Source: a virus. Taken from it: DNA of 64,000 nt. Below the pieces are notes generated by a model. That model had not been told where the DNA came from. It was given only the letters and a program-made list of their open reading frames with translations, and ran no database searches. The stretch is from IMG/VR virus record IMGVR_UViG_3300020430_000007, one strand, 5' to 3'. Below, piece by piece: positions 10,232-20,631 of the stretch; within the stretch, counting starts at the first letter, position 1, and the number at the start of each line of letters is the position of its first letter. The translations under genes and the position numbers were made by a program.

Positions 10232-13200
10232 ATGCCACAGAACACCAATTTAAATGCTAGTCCATATTTTGATGATTTTGAGTCGTCGAAAAACTTCAAT
10301 CGAGTTTTATTCAAACCTGGCACTCCTGTTCAAGCAAGAGAATTAACGACTTTACAATCTATCTTACAGGGACAGATTGAAAAATTTGGTAAACATATTT
10401 TTAAGGAAGGATCTGTTGTCATACCTGGTTCTCTTGGATTTGATCAAGAATATACTGCTGTAAAAGTTGAGTCTACATTTTCTGGTGTTCCTGTTGAACT
10501 TTATTTTGATAGATTTATAGGTGTAAAAATAAAGGGTAAAATTTCTGGAGTTACCGCAAAAGTTGTTAAAGTTCTATCTGCATCTCAATCGGAGACAGGA
10601 CATACTACTCTTTATATAAAATACTTATCTTCTGGTAAAAACAAATCTCAAGAATTGTTCTCAAGTGGAGAGAATTTATTTACAACAGTTCCTGTTACTT
10701 ATGGGACAACAACTATTGGTGGAGGTTCAGATTTTGCCACATGCATACAATCGAATGCTACAGCACAAGGTTCTGCTTTTACAGTAACAAAGGGTATATT
10801 TTTTGCTCGTGGTGCTTTTGTAGAGGTTCCAACAAAAACTATTTTATTAGATCAATACAATCCAAATCCATCATGTAGAGTTGGTTTTCTTGTAAAAGAA
10901 GAGATAGTGACTGCTGTAGATGATGAGAGTTTATATGATAATGCTGCAGGATTCTCAAACTTTACTGCACCAGGTGCAGACAGACTTAAAATAAGTTTAG
11001 AACTTACTAAAAAACCATTAGATAATCTAAGTGATGAAAATTTTATTGAGTTGTTTAGGAGTGACAAAGGAACAGGTGAGAAAATTGTCAACAATACACA
11101 GTACAACGAACTTGGAAAGGAACTTGCAAGAAGAACACATGACGAGAGTGGAGATTATTTTGTAGACAGATTTAGTTTACAAGCAAAAGAGTGTCTTAAT
11201 GATAGACACTCTGTTTTTGGAACATATTTTCCTGAGCAAAAAACTAGAAGAGGTAATGTACCATCAAAAGATTTACTCAATATAAAAATAGGACCAGGTA
11301 AAGCGTATGTAAAAGGTTTTGAGATAAAGGTATGTGGTTTTAGAATTTTAGATATAGAAAAACCTAGAACTACAAAAAAAATAACAAGCAGTGCCATACC
11401 ATTTCAAGCAGGAAATAAACTTTCAGTAAACAATACTTTAAACGGTGCTCAAATTAAATTAAACGCCACTAACTCTGATTTTATTGATTTACGTGATACA
11501 AGATTAGGTGCTACAAAATCGACTGCTGCTGGAAATAGCATAGGAAGAGCAAGGGTGTATGATTATAAAACAACTAATGCAAATTATACTGGCAATGAAA
11601 CTCAATTTGATTTATTTCTTTGGGATATACAAACTGATACCACAGTCACGATAAGTACAACTACCACTCTTTCTGTGCCTGCTTTTATAGAGGGTTCAAG
11701 ATCAGGTGCTAGAGGTTATCTAAAATCTTCCATATCAAATTCAGCAGATCTGGTGCTTACACAAACATCAGGTAAATTTATTGTTGATGAACCCATTATT
11801 ATTAATGGTATACAAGATGGAAAGGTCGTTAGATCCATAAGCGAAAAAGATTTAGCAGATGTGAAATCAGTAAGATCAACTGGTGGATCAAGAACCTTTG
11901 CTGCAGATGTAGTATTAGAACCAAAACAAGATTTTGGTGGAAGATCTTTTACCATAACAACTGGTGGTGTGATAACTAGTGGAACGGTTGGTTGGGTTAA
12001 GAACTTTAAGGTAGGTGATATTATATCATATAAGTTAGCGGGGGTAACAGACAATACATTCAATCAAGTAAGTTCTATAAATCTAACAAATAGAACGGTA
12101 ACTGTGGTTGCAGCACCTAATGATGTTAGTGGTATTTGTAGTAAGGATTTACCAACCTCAAACGTTACTGTAAGTGGATTGCAAATAGTTGCATCCAACT
12201 TAAGAGCATCTCAAAGTGGATTTTTATATTCAGAATTACCAAACACCAACATAGAATCTATTGACCTTACAGATTCTTCCTTGCAATTTAGAGAGGAGAT
12301 AACTGGTGAGAACACAGATGGTTCTGGACAATTAGACTTACCTTCATTGACAGGAACTGATAAAGTATACGCAGCTTTTGACGAGGAGAGGTATGGTATA
12401 TTTTATTCTGACGGCACTATAGAACCTCTAACATCTGATCAGTTTGTCTTGACAAATGGTAGTAAAGGTGCAACAATATCAGGTTTATCTGCTTCTCAAA
12501 GCAATGTTGTCGTTCACGTTACAACACAAAAATCAAAGGTAAAAGCAAAACAAAAAAATCTTGTAAGAGGTAAGTCTATTACGGTTACAGGATCTGAAAG
12601 ATCTTTTTCAGGTGTAAGCACATCAATCGCTGATGGTCTTACCTTTAGTAATGTATATGGTAAACGTGTACAAGATAGAGAGATATCACTTGACGTTGCT
12701 GATGTTGTTGATGTTCATGCCGTATTTGAATCTTCAGGAAATGGTGTGCCAACTATTCCATCATTAGTATTGAATTCATTTACAGGACCTAATGGAGACA
12801 ACTCAGATATTATATTAGGAGAGGTAGGCGTAGGAAAAAGTTCTGGTGCGTCTGCTATGGTCTTATCTAGAAGTGGCACTAACAAAGTAGAGGTTTGCTT
12901 CAAAAACAACTTTTCATTCAAAGAATCTGAGGATGTTGTATTCCAAGAAAGTGGTATAACAGCAAATCTGTCTCAATTATCACCTGGCGATCCAAACATT
13001 AGAAATAATTTTATTGTAGATTCAGGGCAAAGATCTGAGTATTATGATTTTGGTCGAATAGTAAGAAAACAAAATTCTCCAAAACCACAGGGTCAACTTA
13101 AGATATTCTATGATCATTACACCATTAATGCTTTAGATTCTGGTGATGTTGTATGTGTAAACAGTTATAGTGCAGATAGATATGACACTGTGCCTACATT

Positions 13201-16200
13201 TGGTGGTGCAAGAAACACTGATGTCATTGACTTGAGACCAAGAGTCGCTGATTACTCAGGAAGTAGATCTCCTTTTGAGTTTGACTCAAGAGATTTTACA
13301 ACAACTGGATCAGCATCAAATGTCCTTGTGTCAGATGAGAATATAATTTTTGATTACAACTTTTACTTAGGAAGAATTGATAGATTATACCTTTCTTACA
13401 AAAATAATAGTGCAAATGGACTTGGTAGATACGATCACTCGTTTACTGTAAAAAAAGGTATTCCTGCTGTAAATCCCACAGAACCAGAACCACTCACTGA
13501 CGCTTTTGAACTAGCAAGGATAGATTATAAACCATACGTATATGATGCTACACAAGACGTTACTATAACTTCTCGTGGAAACAAAAGATATACAATGAAG
13601 GATATAGGTAAATTAGAGGATCGTATTGAAACTTTAGAGGAAGTAACTTCTCTAAGTTTATTGGAAACTGCAACAGAAAATTTAGTTATAAGTGATCCTG
13701 ACACAGGTTTAGATAGATTTAAGAATGGGTTTGTTGTGGATACATTTAATAATTTTGACGTTGCTGATTTAGGTCAATCATCTCTTAAGTATGATATTCA
13801 AAATGGAAACTTAGTAGCAAGAAAAAATAATGACTCTATAGATCTTCTTATTGGGTCAGAACAAATTGTAGGGTTGAATGGAATACCTGATGTTACAGTC
13901 GATCCAAGATTTGCTAATGACCTTACCTCACCAAACATACAAAGAACAGGTGATCTCATAACTCTTAGTTATACTAATATAATTGATTTTCAACAACCAT
14001 TTGCAAGTCGAGTTGAGAATGTAAACCCTTATATGACTCGTAAGTATAAAGGTAGTCTTACATTAAATCCACAGAGTGATGTATTTGTAGATAGAAGAGT
14101 TATTACAAGAGATGGTGGCATAGGTTATGGTAATGATTTTATCTCACAAACCGAACCTGTTCCCACAATTAGAGAGCAAAATATTCAATTTGTTGCAACA
14201 AGACTAAAACCAAACACGCTTCACTTTTGCTCTTTTGATGCTGAAGATATGATTGAAAGTAGGAGTCGTGTTATACCAAAACTTTTAGAAGTAGCTCCAA
14301 TTCAAGGTTCTTTCCAAATAGGTGAGACTGTTCGTGGTGCAACTGTTGATACTCAAAACGTAAGTCAAGGGACAGGACTTAGATTTAGATTATGTGTTCC
14401 TGATCATAAAGACGGTCCTTTTAATGATCCTACAGTTGTTTACGCCATCAATCCTTACAGCGACGAAGTGGTCGGATTACCATCTGAGTATTCAGAAACA
14501 TCAACAGTGTTAAATGTTGATACTGCCTCTCTAAACCAAAAATCTGATGGAAATTTCTTTGGTCAAGCATTAATAGGAATGAGACTGGTTGGTGAGACTA
14601 GTGGTGCTGAAGCACAAATAACCAATCTAAGATTGGTATCTGACGATCTTGGAGCAATCATAGGAAGTTTGTACATTAGAGGTCAAACTTTTGACGCAGG
14701 TACAAGCACACTTATTCTCTCAAGTCTAAGACCTCAAGATCAAATATCAGGTTTAAACTTTAGTTCTGCTGGAGCTGATTTTTTCTCTGAGGGATTTGAA
14801 ATAACAGAAACCACAATAACAAGAAGAGAACCTGCTCCCCCTGTCATTCCACCTCCAGTTATAATCAACAATACCGTTATACAAGAAGTTGAGGTTCCTG
14901 TTGTACAAACAGTTGTTCAAGAAGTTCAGGTAGAAGTTCCTGTTGAGGTTGTGGTAGAGAGGGAAGTTCCTGTTGAGGTATTTGTTGAAGTCCCATCCCC
15001 TCCTCCAGAACCTGAAATTGTAACAGTTTTTGTAGATAGAATTGTAGAGGTTCCAGTTGTTGAAGTTAGAGAAGTTGTAAGAGAGGTAGAAGTTGTAAGA
15101 ATTGTAGAGGTTCCAGTTGACCCTTGGGATGAAGATGATGACCCATTAGCACAAAGTTTCATTGTCAGTGATGAACCAGGTTGTTTTATGACTGCTGTTG
15201 ATTTATTTTTCCAAAGTAGATCTGAAACAATACCTCTAGAGGTTCGTATTGCTCCTGTAGTTAATGGTTATCCAACTAGAGATATAGTGCCAAATTCTAT
15301 TTGTATATTGAATCCTAGAGACGTTAATATATCCGATGATGCTACGATACCTACACGATGTACGTTCCCGTCTCCAGTATATTGTCCTTCTGGTGAGTAT
15401 GCATTTGTTGTCCTTACAATGACAGATGAGTATAATCAGTGGATATCACAAGTTGGAGAAGTTGAGATAAGCAGTGCCAATGCATCAGAGTTACAAAAAG
15501 TTGTCATAAGTAAACAACCTACATTAGGATCCTTGTTTAAGGGTCAGAATGCTGGAACGTGGACTGCCTCTCAACTTGAAGACATGAAGTATACTGCTTA
15601 TAAGGCACAGTTTACTGATCAGACTGGCACATTTAGAATGTACAATCCACAATTAGGAGATTTTGCTGAAAGAAATCAACTTCCAGAAAACCCCATTGAA
15701 ACATTTTCTAGAAGAGTTGTTGTTGGGTTAGGATCTGCTATTGATTCAGGTATAATTGATATTGGTACTCAAATAAAACAAAACAATAGAACTGCAAATG
15801 GTTTTGTAACTGAAAAACTCTCTCATTTAGATGAGGGTGGATCAGCACTTACAATACTCAATGCAGGAACTGGATATGAGGATGGTCAATATAATGATGT
15901 ATCATTGATAACAGTGACAGGATCTGGATCGAATGCCACAGCAAATATAAGTGTTGACGGTAACGTAGCGACTGCTGTTACAGTCACTTCTTCAACTGGC
16001 ACAGGATATGTTGTAGGTGACACTTTGACTGCACTAATAGGAACAAAAGGATTAGGTCAAAACTTGACATTCAATGTTGGTGTAACAACAGGTGTAAACT
16101 CACTTGTACTTACAAATGTAAGTGGTAATGATTTCAACACTACAGATCTAATTCAATATCATGATTCAAGTTTAGGTTACGGTGTTACTGTCAATGATAT

Positions 16201-17539
16201 TGTGCCATCCACTGTGACTGTAAACTCTGATCAATTTGATGGAAAAATATTTAAGGTAAGTCATCCTAATCACGGTATGCATGACGTAAATAATGTAGTC
16301 AAAATTTCTGGTGTAACTGGTGATCTTCTGCCTACAAGACTCACTGTTGGATATGCGGTTAGTCAAACAAGTGCTGTTAGTGTTGCTAGTAGCATAGGTT
16401 TCAATTTCTTTGAGGGAACTCAAGTATCTGCAAGTAATCCTGGCGTTGCCCTTATAGGTGATGAAGTAATTACTTATACTTCAGTTGGAGTAAATCAATT
16501 GACAGGAACAATTACCAGAGGTCTTGATAACACTTTTGCAAGAACTTATGAGATAGATGCTCCAGTTCAAAAATACGAATTATCAGGTGTTTCCTTACGC
16601 AAAATTAATAAAACTCATAATATGGTAGATGTCACCAATACAATTGAAGGCAAGACTACTTTAGATGCTTATCATATTAAGATATCTGGAGACGTATTTT
16701 TCAACAAAGATAAGTTTGGCGGTGGCACAAGAGCAAGAGCATCTTCAAATATTCTTTTTGACACTATTGAACCTAGTATTGCATCAAGTGTTCCAGAAGG
16801 ATCATCTTTATTAGCATCAGTAAGAACAACCTCTGCAACAAGTGTTGATGGTTCTCAAACATCCTTTGAAGATCAAGGGTTTGAGGACATATCACTTGCA
16901 GGTGAAACTAAGTTCACAAGTCCAAGAATGGTTGCCTCAGGTGAAAATGAGCAAACTAAAGCAACTTTGGTTGCATTACCTGGCAATAAGTCATTTACAG
17001 TAGAGATGAATTTGAGTACAAGTAATAGACTTGTATCTCCTGTTATTGACGCTTTTGGTAGTTCTATACTAACTAAATCAACAAGGGTTAACTCTCCCAT
17101 ATCAAATTATACAACTGACAATAGAGTTAATAAACTAGAGGATCCCCATGAATTATTATATCAAACAAAGGTCATAAAACTTGACAATCCATCATCTGCT
17201 ATAAAGGTTTTATTTGCTGCTAATAGACCAGCAGCATCCGATATAAGAGTTTTATATCGTTTAGAAAGAGTAGATGGAAATGAGTTGGATCAAATTTTTG
17301 AACTATTTCCTGGTTTTGACAATCTTGACGCATCAGGTAATATTATCTCTGATAAAAATAATAGTGGTAGACCAGATGTAAATATATCACCTAGTATTCA
17401 AGATCAATTCAATGAGTATGAATTTACAATTTCTAATTTACCACAGTTTACAGGATTCCAAATAAAAATAGTTATGTCCACAACAGATCAATCACAAACT
17501 CCAAAATTAAAAGATTTTAGAGCAATAGCAACAGCATAA
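10232..17539 (+). CDS. Very large virion structural protein (VrlC/DUF4815-like)
   Basis: 2435 aa; N-terminal PYFDDF...VLFKPG..VQARELTTLQSILQ, APGADRLKI, DRFKNGFVVD, DPLAQSF; standard position after gp8. Confidence 0.85.
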   Translation: MPQNTNLNASPYFDDFESSKNFNRVLFKPGTPVQARELTTLQSILQGQIEKFGKHIFKEGSVVIPGSLGFDQEYTAVKVESTFSGVPVELYFDRFIGVKIKGKISGVTAKVVKVLSASQSETGHTTLYIKYLSSGKNKSQELFSSGENLFTTVPVTYGTTTIGGGSDFATCIQSNATAQGSAFTVTKGIFFARGAFVEVPTKTILLDQYNPNPSCRVGFLVKEEIVTAVDDESLYDNAAGFSNFTAPGADRLKISLELTKKPLDNLSDENFIELFRSDKGTGEKIVNNTQYNELGKELARRTHDESGDYFVDRFSLQAKECLNDRHSVFGTYFPEQKTRRGNVPSKDLLNIKIGPGKAYVKGFEIKVCGFRILDIEKPRTTKKITSSAIPFQAGNKLSVNNTLNGAQIKLNATNSDFIDLRDTRLGATKSTAAGNSIGRARVYDYKTTNANYTGNETQFDLFLWDIQTDTTVTISTTTTLSVPAFIEGSRSGARGYLKSSISNSADLVLTQTSGKFIVDEPIIINGIQDGKVVRSISEKDLADVKSVRSTGGSRTFAADVVLEPKQDFGGRSFTITTGGVITSGTVGWVKNFKVGDIISYKLAGVTDNTFNQVSSINLTNRTVTVVAAPNDVSGICSKDLPTSNVTVSGLQIVASNLRASQSGFLYSELPNTNIESIDLTDSSLQFREEITGENTDGSGQLDLPSLTGTDKVYAAFDEERYGIFYSDGTIEPLTSDQFVLTNGSKGATISGLSASQSNVVVHVTTQKSKVKAKQKNLVRGKSITVTGSERSFSGVSTSIADGLTFSNVYGKRVQDREISLDVADVVDVHAVFESSGNGVPTIPSLVLNSFTGPNGDNSDIILGEVGVGKSSGASAMVLSRSGTNKVEVCFKNNFSFKESEDVVFQESGITANLSQLSPGDPNIRNNFIVDSGQRSEYYDFGRIVRKQNSPKPQGQLKIFYDHYTINALDSGDVVCVNSYSADRYDTVPTFGGARNTDVIDLRPRVADYSGSRSPFEFDSRDFTTTGSASNVLVSDENIIFDYNFYLGRIDRLYLSYKNNSANGLGRYDHSFTVKKGIPAVNPTEPEPLTDAFELARIDYKPYVYDATQDVTITSRGNKRYTMKDIGKLEDRIETLEEVTSLSLLETATENLVISDPDTGLDRFKNGFVVDTFNNFDVADLGQSSLKYDIQNGNLVARKNNDSIDLLIGSEQIVGLNGIPDVTVDPRFANDLTSPNIQRTGDLITLSYTNIIDFQQPFASRVENVNPYMTRKYKGSLTLNPQSDVFVDRRVITRDGGIGYGNDFISQTEPVPTIREQNIQFVATRLKPNTLHFCSFDAEDMIESRSRVIPKLLEVAPIQGSFQIGETVRGATVDTQNVSQGTGLRFRLCVPDHKDGPFNDPTVVYAINPYSDEVVGLPSEYSETSTVLNVDTASLNQKSDGNFFGQALIGMRLVGETSGAEAQITNLRLVSDDLGAIIGSLYIRGQTFDAGTSTLILSSLRPQDQISGLNFSSAGADFFSEGFEITETTITRREPAPPVIPPPVIINNTVIQEVEVPVVQTVVQEVQVEVPVEVVVEREVPVEVFVEVPSPPPEPEIVTVFVDRIVEVPVVEVREVVREVEVVRIVEVPVDPWDEDDDPLAQSFIVSDEPGCFMTAVDLFFQSRSETIPLEVRIAPVVNGYPTRDIVPNSICILNPRDVNISDDATIPTRCTFPSPVYCPSGEYAFVVLTMTDEYNQWISQVGEVEISSANASELQKVVISKQPTLGSLFKGQNAGTWTASQLEDMKYTAYKAQFTDQTGTFRMYNPQLGDFAERNQLPENPIETFSRRVVVGLGSAIDSGIIDIGTQIKQNNRTANGFVTEKLSHLDEGGSALTILNAGTGYEDGQYNDVSLITVTGSGSNATANISVDGNVATAVTVTSSTGTGYVVGDTLTALIGTKGLGQNLTFNVGVTTGVNSLVLTNVSGNDFNTTDLIQYHDSSLGYGVTVNDIVPSTVTVNSDQFDGKIFKVSHPNHGMHDVNNVVKISGVTGDLLPTRLTVGYAVSQTSAVSVASSIGFNFFEGTQVSASNPGVALIGDEVITYTSVGVNQLTGTITRGLDNTFARTYEIDAPVQKYELSGVSLRKINKTHNMVDVTNTIEGKTTLDAYHIKISGDVFFNKDKFGGGTRARASSNILFDTIEPSIASSVPEGSSLLASVRTTSATSVDGSQTSFEDQGFEDISLAGETKFTSPRMVASGENEQTKATLVALPGNKSFTVEMNLSTSNRLVSPVIDAFGSSILTKSTRVNSPISNYTTDNRVNKLEDPHELLYQTKVIKLDNPSSAIKVLFAANRPAASDIRVLYRLERVDGNELDQIFELFPGFDNLDASGNIISDKNNSGRPDVNISPSIQDQFNEYEFTISNLPQFTGFQIKIVMSTTDQSQTPKLKDFRAIATA
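14827..15125 (+). repeat. Low-complexity Pro/Val/Glu (VEVPV) coding repeat
   Basis: Repeated gaggttcc(t/a)gttg units; 22-bp exact repeat agaattgtagaggttccagttg at 15038 and 15098. Confidence 0.85.
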
Positions 17540-17596
17540 AAAAAAGTATGATAAACGCATGGTCATTAGCAGCAGAAATTTTAGAGGGCACATTAG

Positions 17597-17806
17597 ATGA
17601 AACATTTCCAATCAAAAAGAACACAAGTCGAAAATCATCCCTCCCTACAGAGAGACACAAGAACAAATGCAATAGTCAACAACGACCAGACTGCTTACAA
17701 TCGTTACATGAATAGAAAACAAGCAGGCATGAAACAAAAAGCAGAGATTGATGAATTAAGAAACGAAATTGAGATTTTAAAGTCTTTGTTATTAAATAAT
17801 AAATAG
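17597..17806 (+). CDS. Small conserved phage protein with C-terminal coiled coil
   Basis: VENHPSLQRD...NAIVN motif and EIDELRNEIEILKSLL; usual position after the VrlC-like gene. Confidence 0.7.
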   Translation: MKHFQSKRTQVENHPSLQRDTRTNAIVNNDQTAYNRYMNRKQAGMKQKAEIDELRNEIEILKSLLLNNK

Positions 17807-17826
17807 AAATACTGTAATAGGTTTAT

Positions 17827-18165
17827 ATGGCAGTCCCCTCAGTAAATATTCAAATTGAGAAAGGAACTGACTTTTCTTCAACTTTTGACTTGAAGAAAAG
17901 AGACAATGATCCATTGGACCTTACACCATATGATTTTTCTGTAAAGATGAGGAAACATTCAGAAGCATCTGGATCTGTTTCTTTTGCTACCACTTATGGT
18001 GGACAACCCGCAAAGGGTAATCTAACAATATCTCTGACTGATACTCAGACTGGTATTATCACAGCAGGAAGATATGAATATGATGTGGTTATAACTAACC
18101 GCAACAGTAACATAAAGACCAAGGTTATAACTGGTCAAGCACTTGTAAACCCAACAGCATCGTGA
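17827..18165 (+). CDS. Virion structural protein (Ig/BppU-N-like fold)
   Basis: NIQIEKGTDF...DLT.Y...ISLTDTQT..ITAGRYEYDVVI pattern; ATAAATA upstream. Confidence 0.7.
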   Translation: MAVPSVNIQIEKGTDFSSTFDLKKRDNDPLDLTPYDFSVKMRKHSEASGSVSFATTYGGQPAKGNLTISLTDTQTGIITAGRYEYDVVITNRNSNIKTKVITGQALVNPTAS

Positions 18166-18166
18166 T

Positions 18167-18511
18167 ATGTCAGTACAAGTTGTTGCAGTTGGAATTGTAT
18201 CAAGTCATGCCGACACTAATCTAGATGGTCAACCATCAGTCAAATTTACAATTGAGCAGGAAGACACAGTGGCAAACATTCGAGACATCTCTGACATCGT
18301 ATCTACATCAATTGGTGTTGGGGTAGGGACGAATTTTGTTTTATCCTATGATCCATCTGCTGATAACTTTGTTTTTATAAGTCCAGATGCAGTAGTAAAT
18401 TCTGCTGCTGGAAATTTATCTGGTCCTGAGGGATTTGATGCTTCTGTTGTTACTGCTCTTGCTGAAGATCTAGACAATCAAATTGATCTTGATGCTGGAA
18501 CTTGGTCATAA
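18167..18511 (+). CDS. Hypothetical structural protein
   Basis: 114-aa ORF ending IDLDAGTW, a tail motif shared with neighbouring fibre-associated genes. Confidence 0.6.
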   Translation: MSVQVVAVGIVSSHADTNLDGQPSVKFTIEQEDTVANIRDISDIVSTSIGVGVGTNFVLSYDPSADNFVFISPDAVVNSAAGNLSGPEGFDASVVTALAEDLDNQIDLDAGTWS

Positions 18512-18541
18512 AATCTAAATACACAAAGGTAATAGGAACAA

Positions 18542-19528
18542 ATGAGTAATCCAGTACTTCAGTTTAAGAGGGGTAATCTTGCTAGTCTACCTGGTCTAAG
18601 AGCAGGTGAACCAGGTTTTACAATTGACAAGTACGATTTGTACGTTGGTATTGACTCAACAACAACCAATAACCAATTTATAGGATCCTCTCGATTCTGG
18701 ACAAAAGAAACAACAACCACAGGATCTGGTGTAAATTTAGTTGAAGGAACGAATAACGGTGTACATAAGGTTGTTCTAAAAGCACCCTCTACCATAGGTT
18801 CAGATCAAGAATATACTTTTCCTGCTGCAGCAGTCAATACAGGATACTTAAAGTCTGATGGAAGCGGTAATCTAACATGGGACACAGCTCCTAATGCACC
18901 TGCAGCAGGTGGGTCGGGTGCTGCTGAAGTTAATGTGTCTGGTGTAGGTACAGTAACAAATTTAAAATCAAGTGACATTGTTGTGTCTGCTGGTGCCACT
19001 TTTGCTTCTGCTCAAGTGAGTGATCTTACCTCAGGTAGAGTCGTTCTCGCTGGCACAAACGGTGAGTTAGAAGATAGTGGAAATTTAGCATTTACTGGCA
19101 CACAATTGAATGTAACTGGAAATGCAAACGTTACAAGCGATTTGTCTGTTGGAGGTAATCTAACAATAAGTGGTTCTGTAACACAGATTAACACTGTTAA
19201 CACAACTGTAGAAGATGTTCTGTTAGAATTACAGGTTGTAGATGGTTCTGTTTTAACTGGAGATACTAACAAAGACGTTGGTATTATTATGAATTACTAC
19301 AGTGGTTCTGCCAAAAAAGCTGCTGTATTTTGGGATGACTCTGCAGGTAGAATAGTTCTTGCTGAGGAGGCATCTGAGTCATCAAGTGTATTAACGGTTA
19401 GCACGACTGCATCATTAGAGATTGGTGGTTTGTTTGTAAATGATTGTGCAGGTCAAACACAAGTTATTTCTTGCTCAGGAACCACTCGCTCACTAGAAAA
19501 TATAACCATAGACGGTGGTTCATTCTAG
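18542..19528 (+). CDS. Short tail-fibre-like protein
   Basis: N-terminal LQFKRG...GEPGFT.D fibre anchor, GNLTISGSVTQINT beta repeats, C-terminal IDGGSF; CTAAATA upstream. Confidence 0.75.
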   Translation: MSNPVLQFKRGNLASLPGLRAGEPGFTIDKYDLYVGIDSTTTNNQFIGSSRFWTKETTTTGSGVNLVEGTNNGVHKVVLKAPSTIGSDQEYTFPAAAVNTGYLKSDGSGNLTWDTAPNAPAAGGSGAAEVNVSGVGTVTNLKSSDIVVSAGATFASAQVSDLTSGRVVLAGTNGELEDSGNLAFTGTQLNVTGNANVTSDLSVGGNLTISGSVTQINTVNTTVEDVLLELQVVDGSVLTGDTNKDVGIIMNYYSGSAKKAAVFWDDSAGRIVLAEEASESSSVLTVSTTASLEIGGLFVNDCAGQTQVISCSGTTRSLENITIDGGSF

Positions 19529-19547
19529 ACTATATACTATAGTTTAA

Positions 19548-19730
19548 TTGATTAACATGAATGAAGAAGTGAACGCTGTATTGCAAGTTTATCAAGCAAA
19601 AGTAAATAACTTACTCGCACAAAACATAGCGTTAGAAGCAAAAATTATAACCTTAACAAAAACCATAGAAAGTTTACAGAAGTCATCAGAACAGGATTCT
19701 AATTCAGTTGTGGATGGCGGAGAAGTGTGA
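19548..19730 (+). CDS. Small coiled-coil protein (fibre-associated hypothetical)
   Basis: QNIALEAKI heptads; ends VDGGEV. Confidence 0.6.
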   Translation: MINMNEEVNAVLQVYQAKVNNLLAQNIALEAKIITLTKTIESLQKSSEQDSNSVVDGGEV

Positions 19731-20104
19731 TTGTTTATCTAGCAGGTCCTATAGAATTATGTTCTGAGGATGAAATTCATTTATGGAGAAATTATGTTTC
19801 TGAACATATTCCCTTGAATATAGCAGTATTAGAACCTCGTTATGACTTAAGTTCTGCTGGAGAGATATATCAAGACACAAGAAAAAATGTGCAAGAATGT
19901 GATATGATTTTTGCCTATTTACCAAAAAGTGTAAACGTAAGAAGACCTTCATACGGCACAATATTTGAAATTGCTTATGGTCATGCACTCCATAAGGATA
20001 TTGTTATCGTTTCTGATGATGAGTATGTTCACAATCACCCTATTATGAAGGGAATTGGAATGCATTTTAAATCTTTAGACAATGCAATTAAGTACTTATT
20101 TTAA
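19727..20104 (+). CDS. Nucleoside 2-deoxyribosyltransferase-like / nucleotide N-glycosidase
   Basis: IVYLAGPI N-terminus, CDMIFAYL and SYGTIFEIAYG (catalytic Glu) fit the NDT/RCL/MilB fold. Confidence 0.75.
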   Translation: MIVYLAGPIELCSEDEIHLWRNYVSEHIPLNIAVLEPRYDLSSAGEIYQDTRKNVQECDMIFAYLPKSVNVRRPSYGTIFEIAYGHALHKDIVIVSDDEYVHNHPIMKGIGMHFKSLDNAIKYLF

Positions 20105-20609
20105 TGGTGTTTGGCAAGATAATAACTTTGAGTCTTTACGTTACTCTGGTTACCAACTTGTAGATTACGTTAATTCTCAAAACCCTACCAGTGTTTTAGA
20201 TGTGGGTTGTGGTTACAATAGGTTTAAGGGAAAAATAAAAAATCTTACTGGAATTGATCCATATAACGACGCTGCAGATATAAAAGTAAAAATAGAAAAT
20301 TTTTATCCACTTACCATTCACGATAATTACGATATTGTCTTATGCTTAGGTTCTATAAATTTTGGAGATGAAGAAACAATTGATAATCAATTGTCAATTA
20401 TAAACGAGTTGTTTACAAAAGAGGCAATATTTAGAGTGAATCCTGGCATACCTCATGATTGGACAGATTACGGAGATATAGTTTGGTATAAGTGGACATT
20501 AGATAAAATACACCATGTTGCAATGAAATATAACTATGATATAAAAAAACTTAAATGCGAGTATACTGCAGAGGGTCACAGAAGATTATTTTTTATTTTT
20601 GCTAAATAA
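20082..20609 (+). CDS. Class I SAM-dependent methyltransferase
   Basis: Motif I VLDVGCG, GIDP, YDIVLCLGSINF. Confidence 0.8.
   Translation: MQLSTYFNGVWQDNNFESLRYSGYQLVDYVNSQNPTSVLDVGCGYNRFKGKIKNLTGIDPYNDAADIKVKIENFYPLTIHDNYDIVLCLGSINFGDEETIDNQLSIINELFTKEAIFRVNPGIPHDWTDYGDIVWYKWTLDKIHHVAMKYNYDIKKLKCEYTAEGHRRLFFIFAK
20602..20608 (+). promoter_or_regulatory. Late promoter (CTAAATA) before the ferritin-like gene
   Basis: Motif followed by an AGGA RBS and ATG at 20632. Confidence 0.5.
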
Positions 20610-20631
20610 ACATGTAGATAGGAAAATTAAA

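Noticed and set aside
694-19272. Many minus-strand ORFs of 60-125 aa in the track (also elsewhere in the window)
   Set aside because: They are antisense shadows of long + strand genes with biased codon use; they show no motifs, RBS or promoters.
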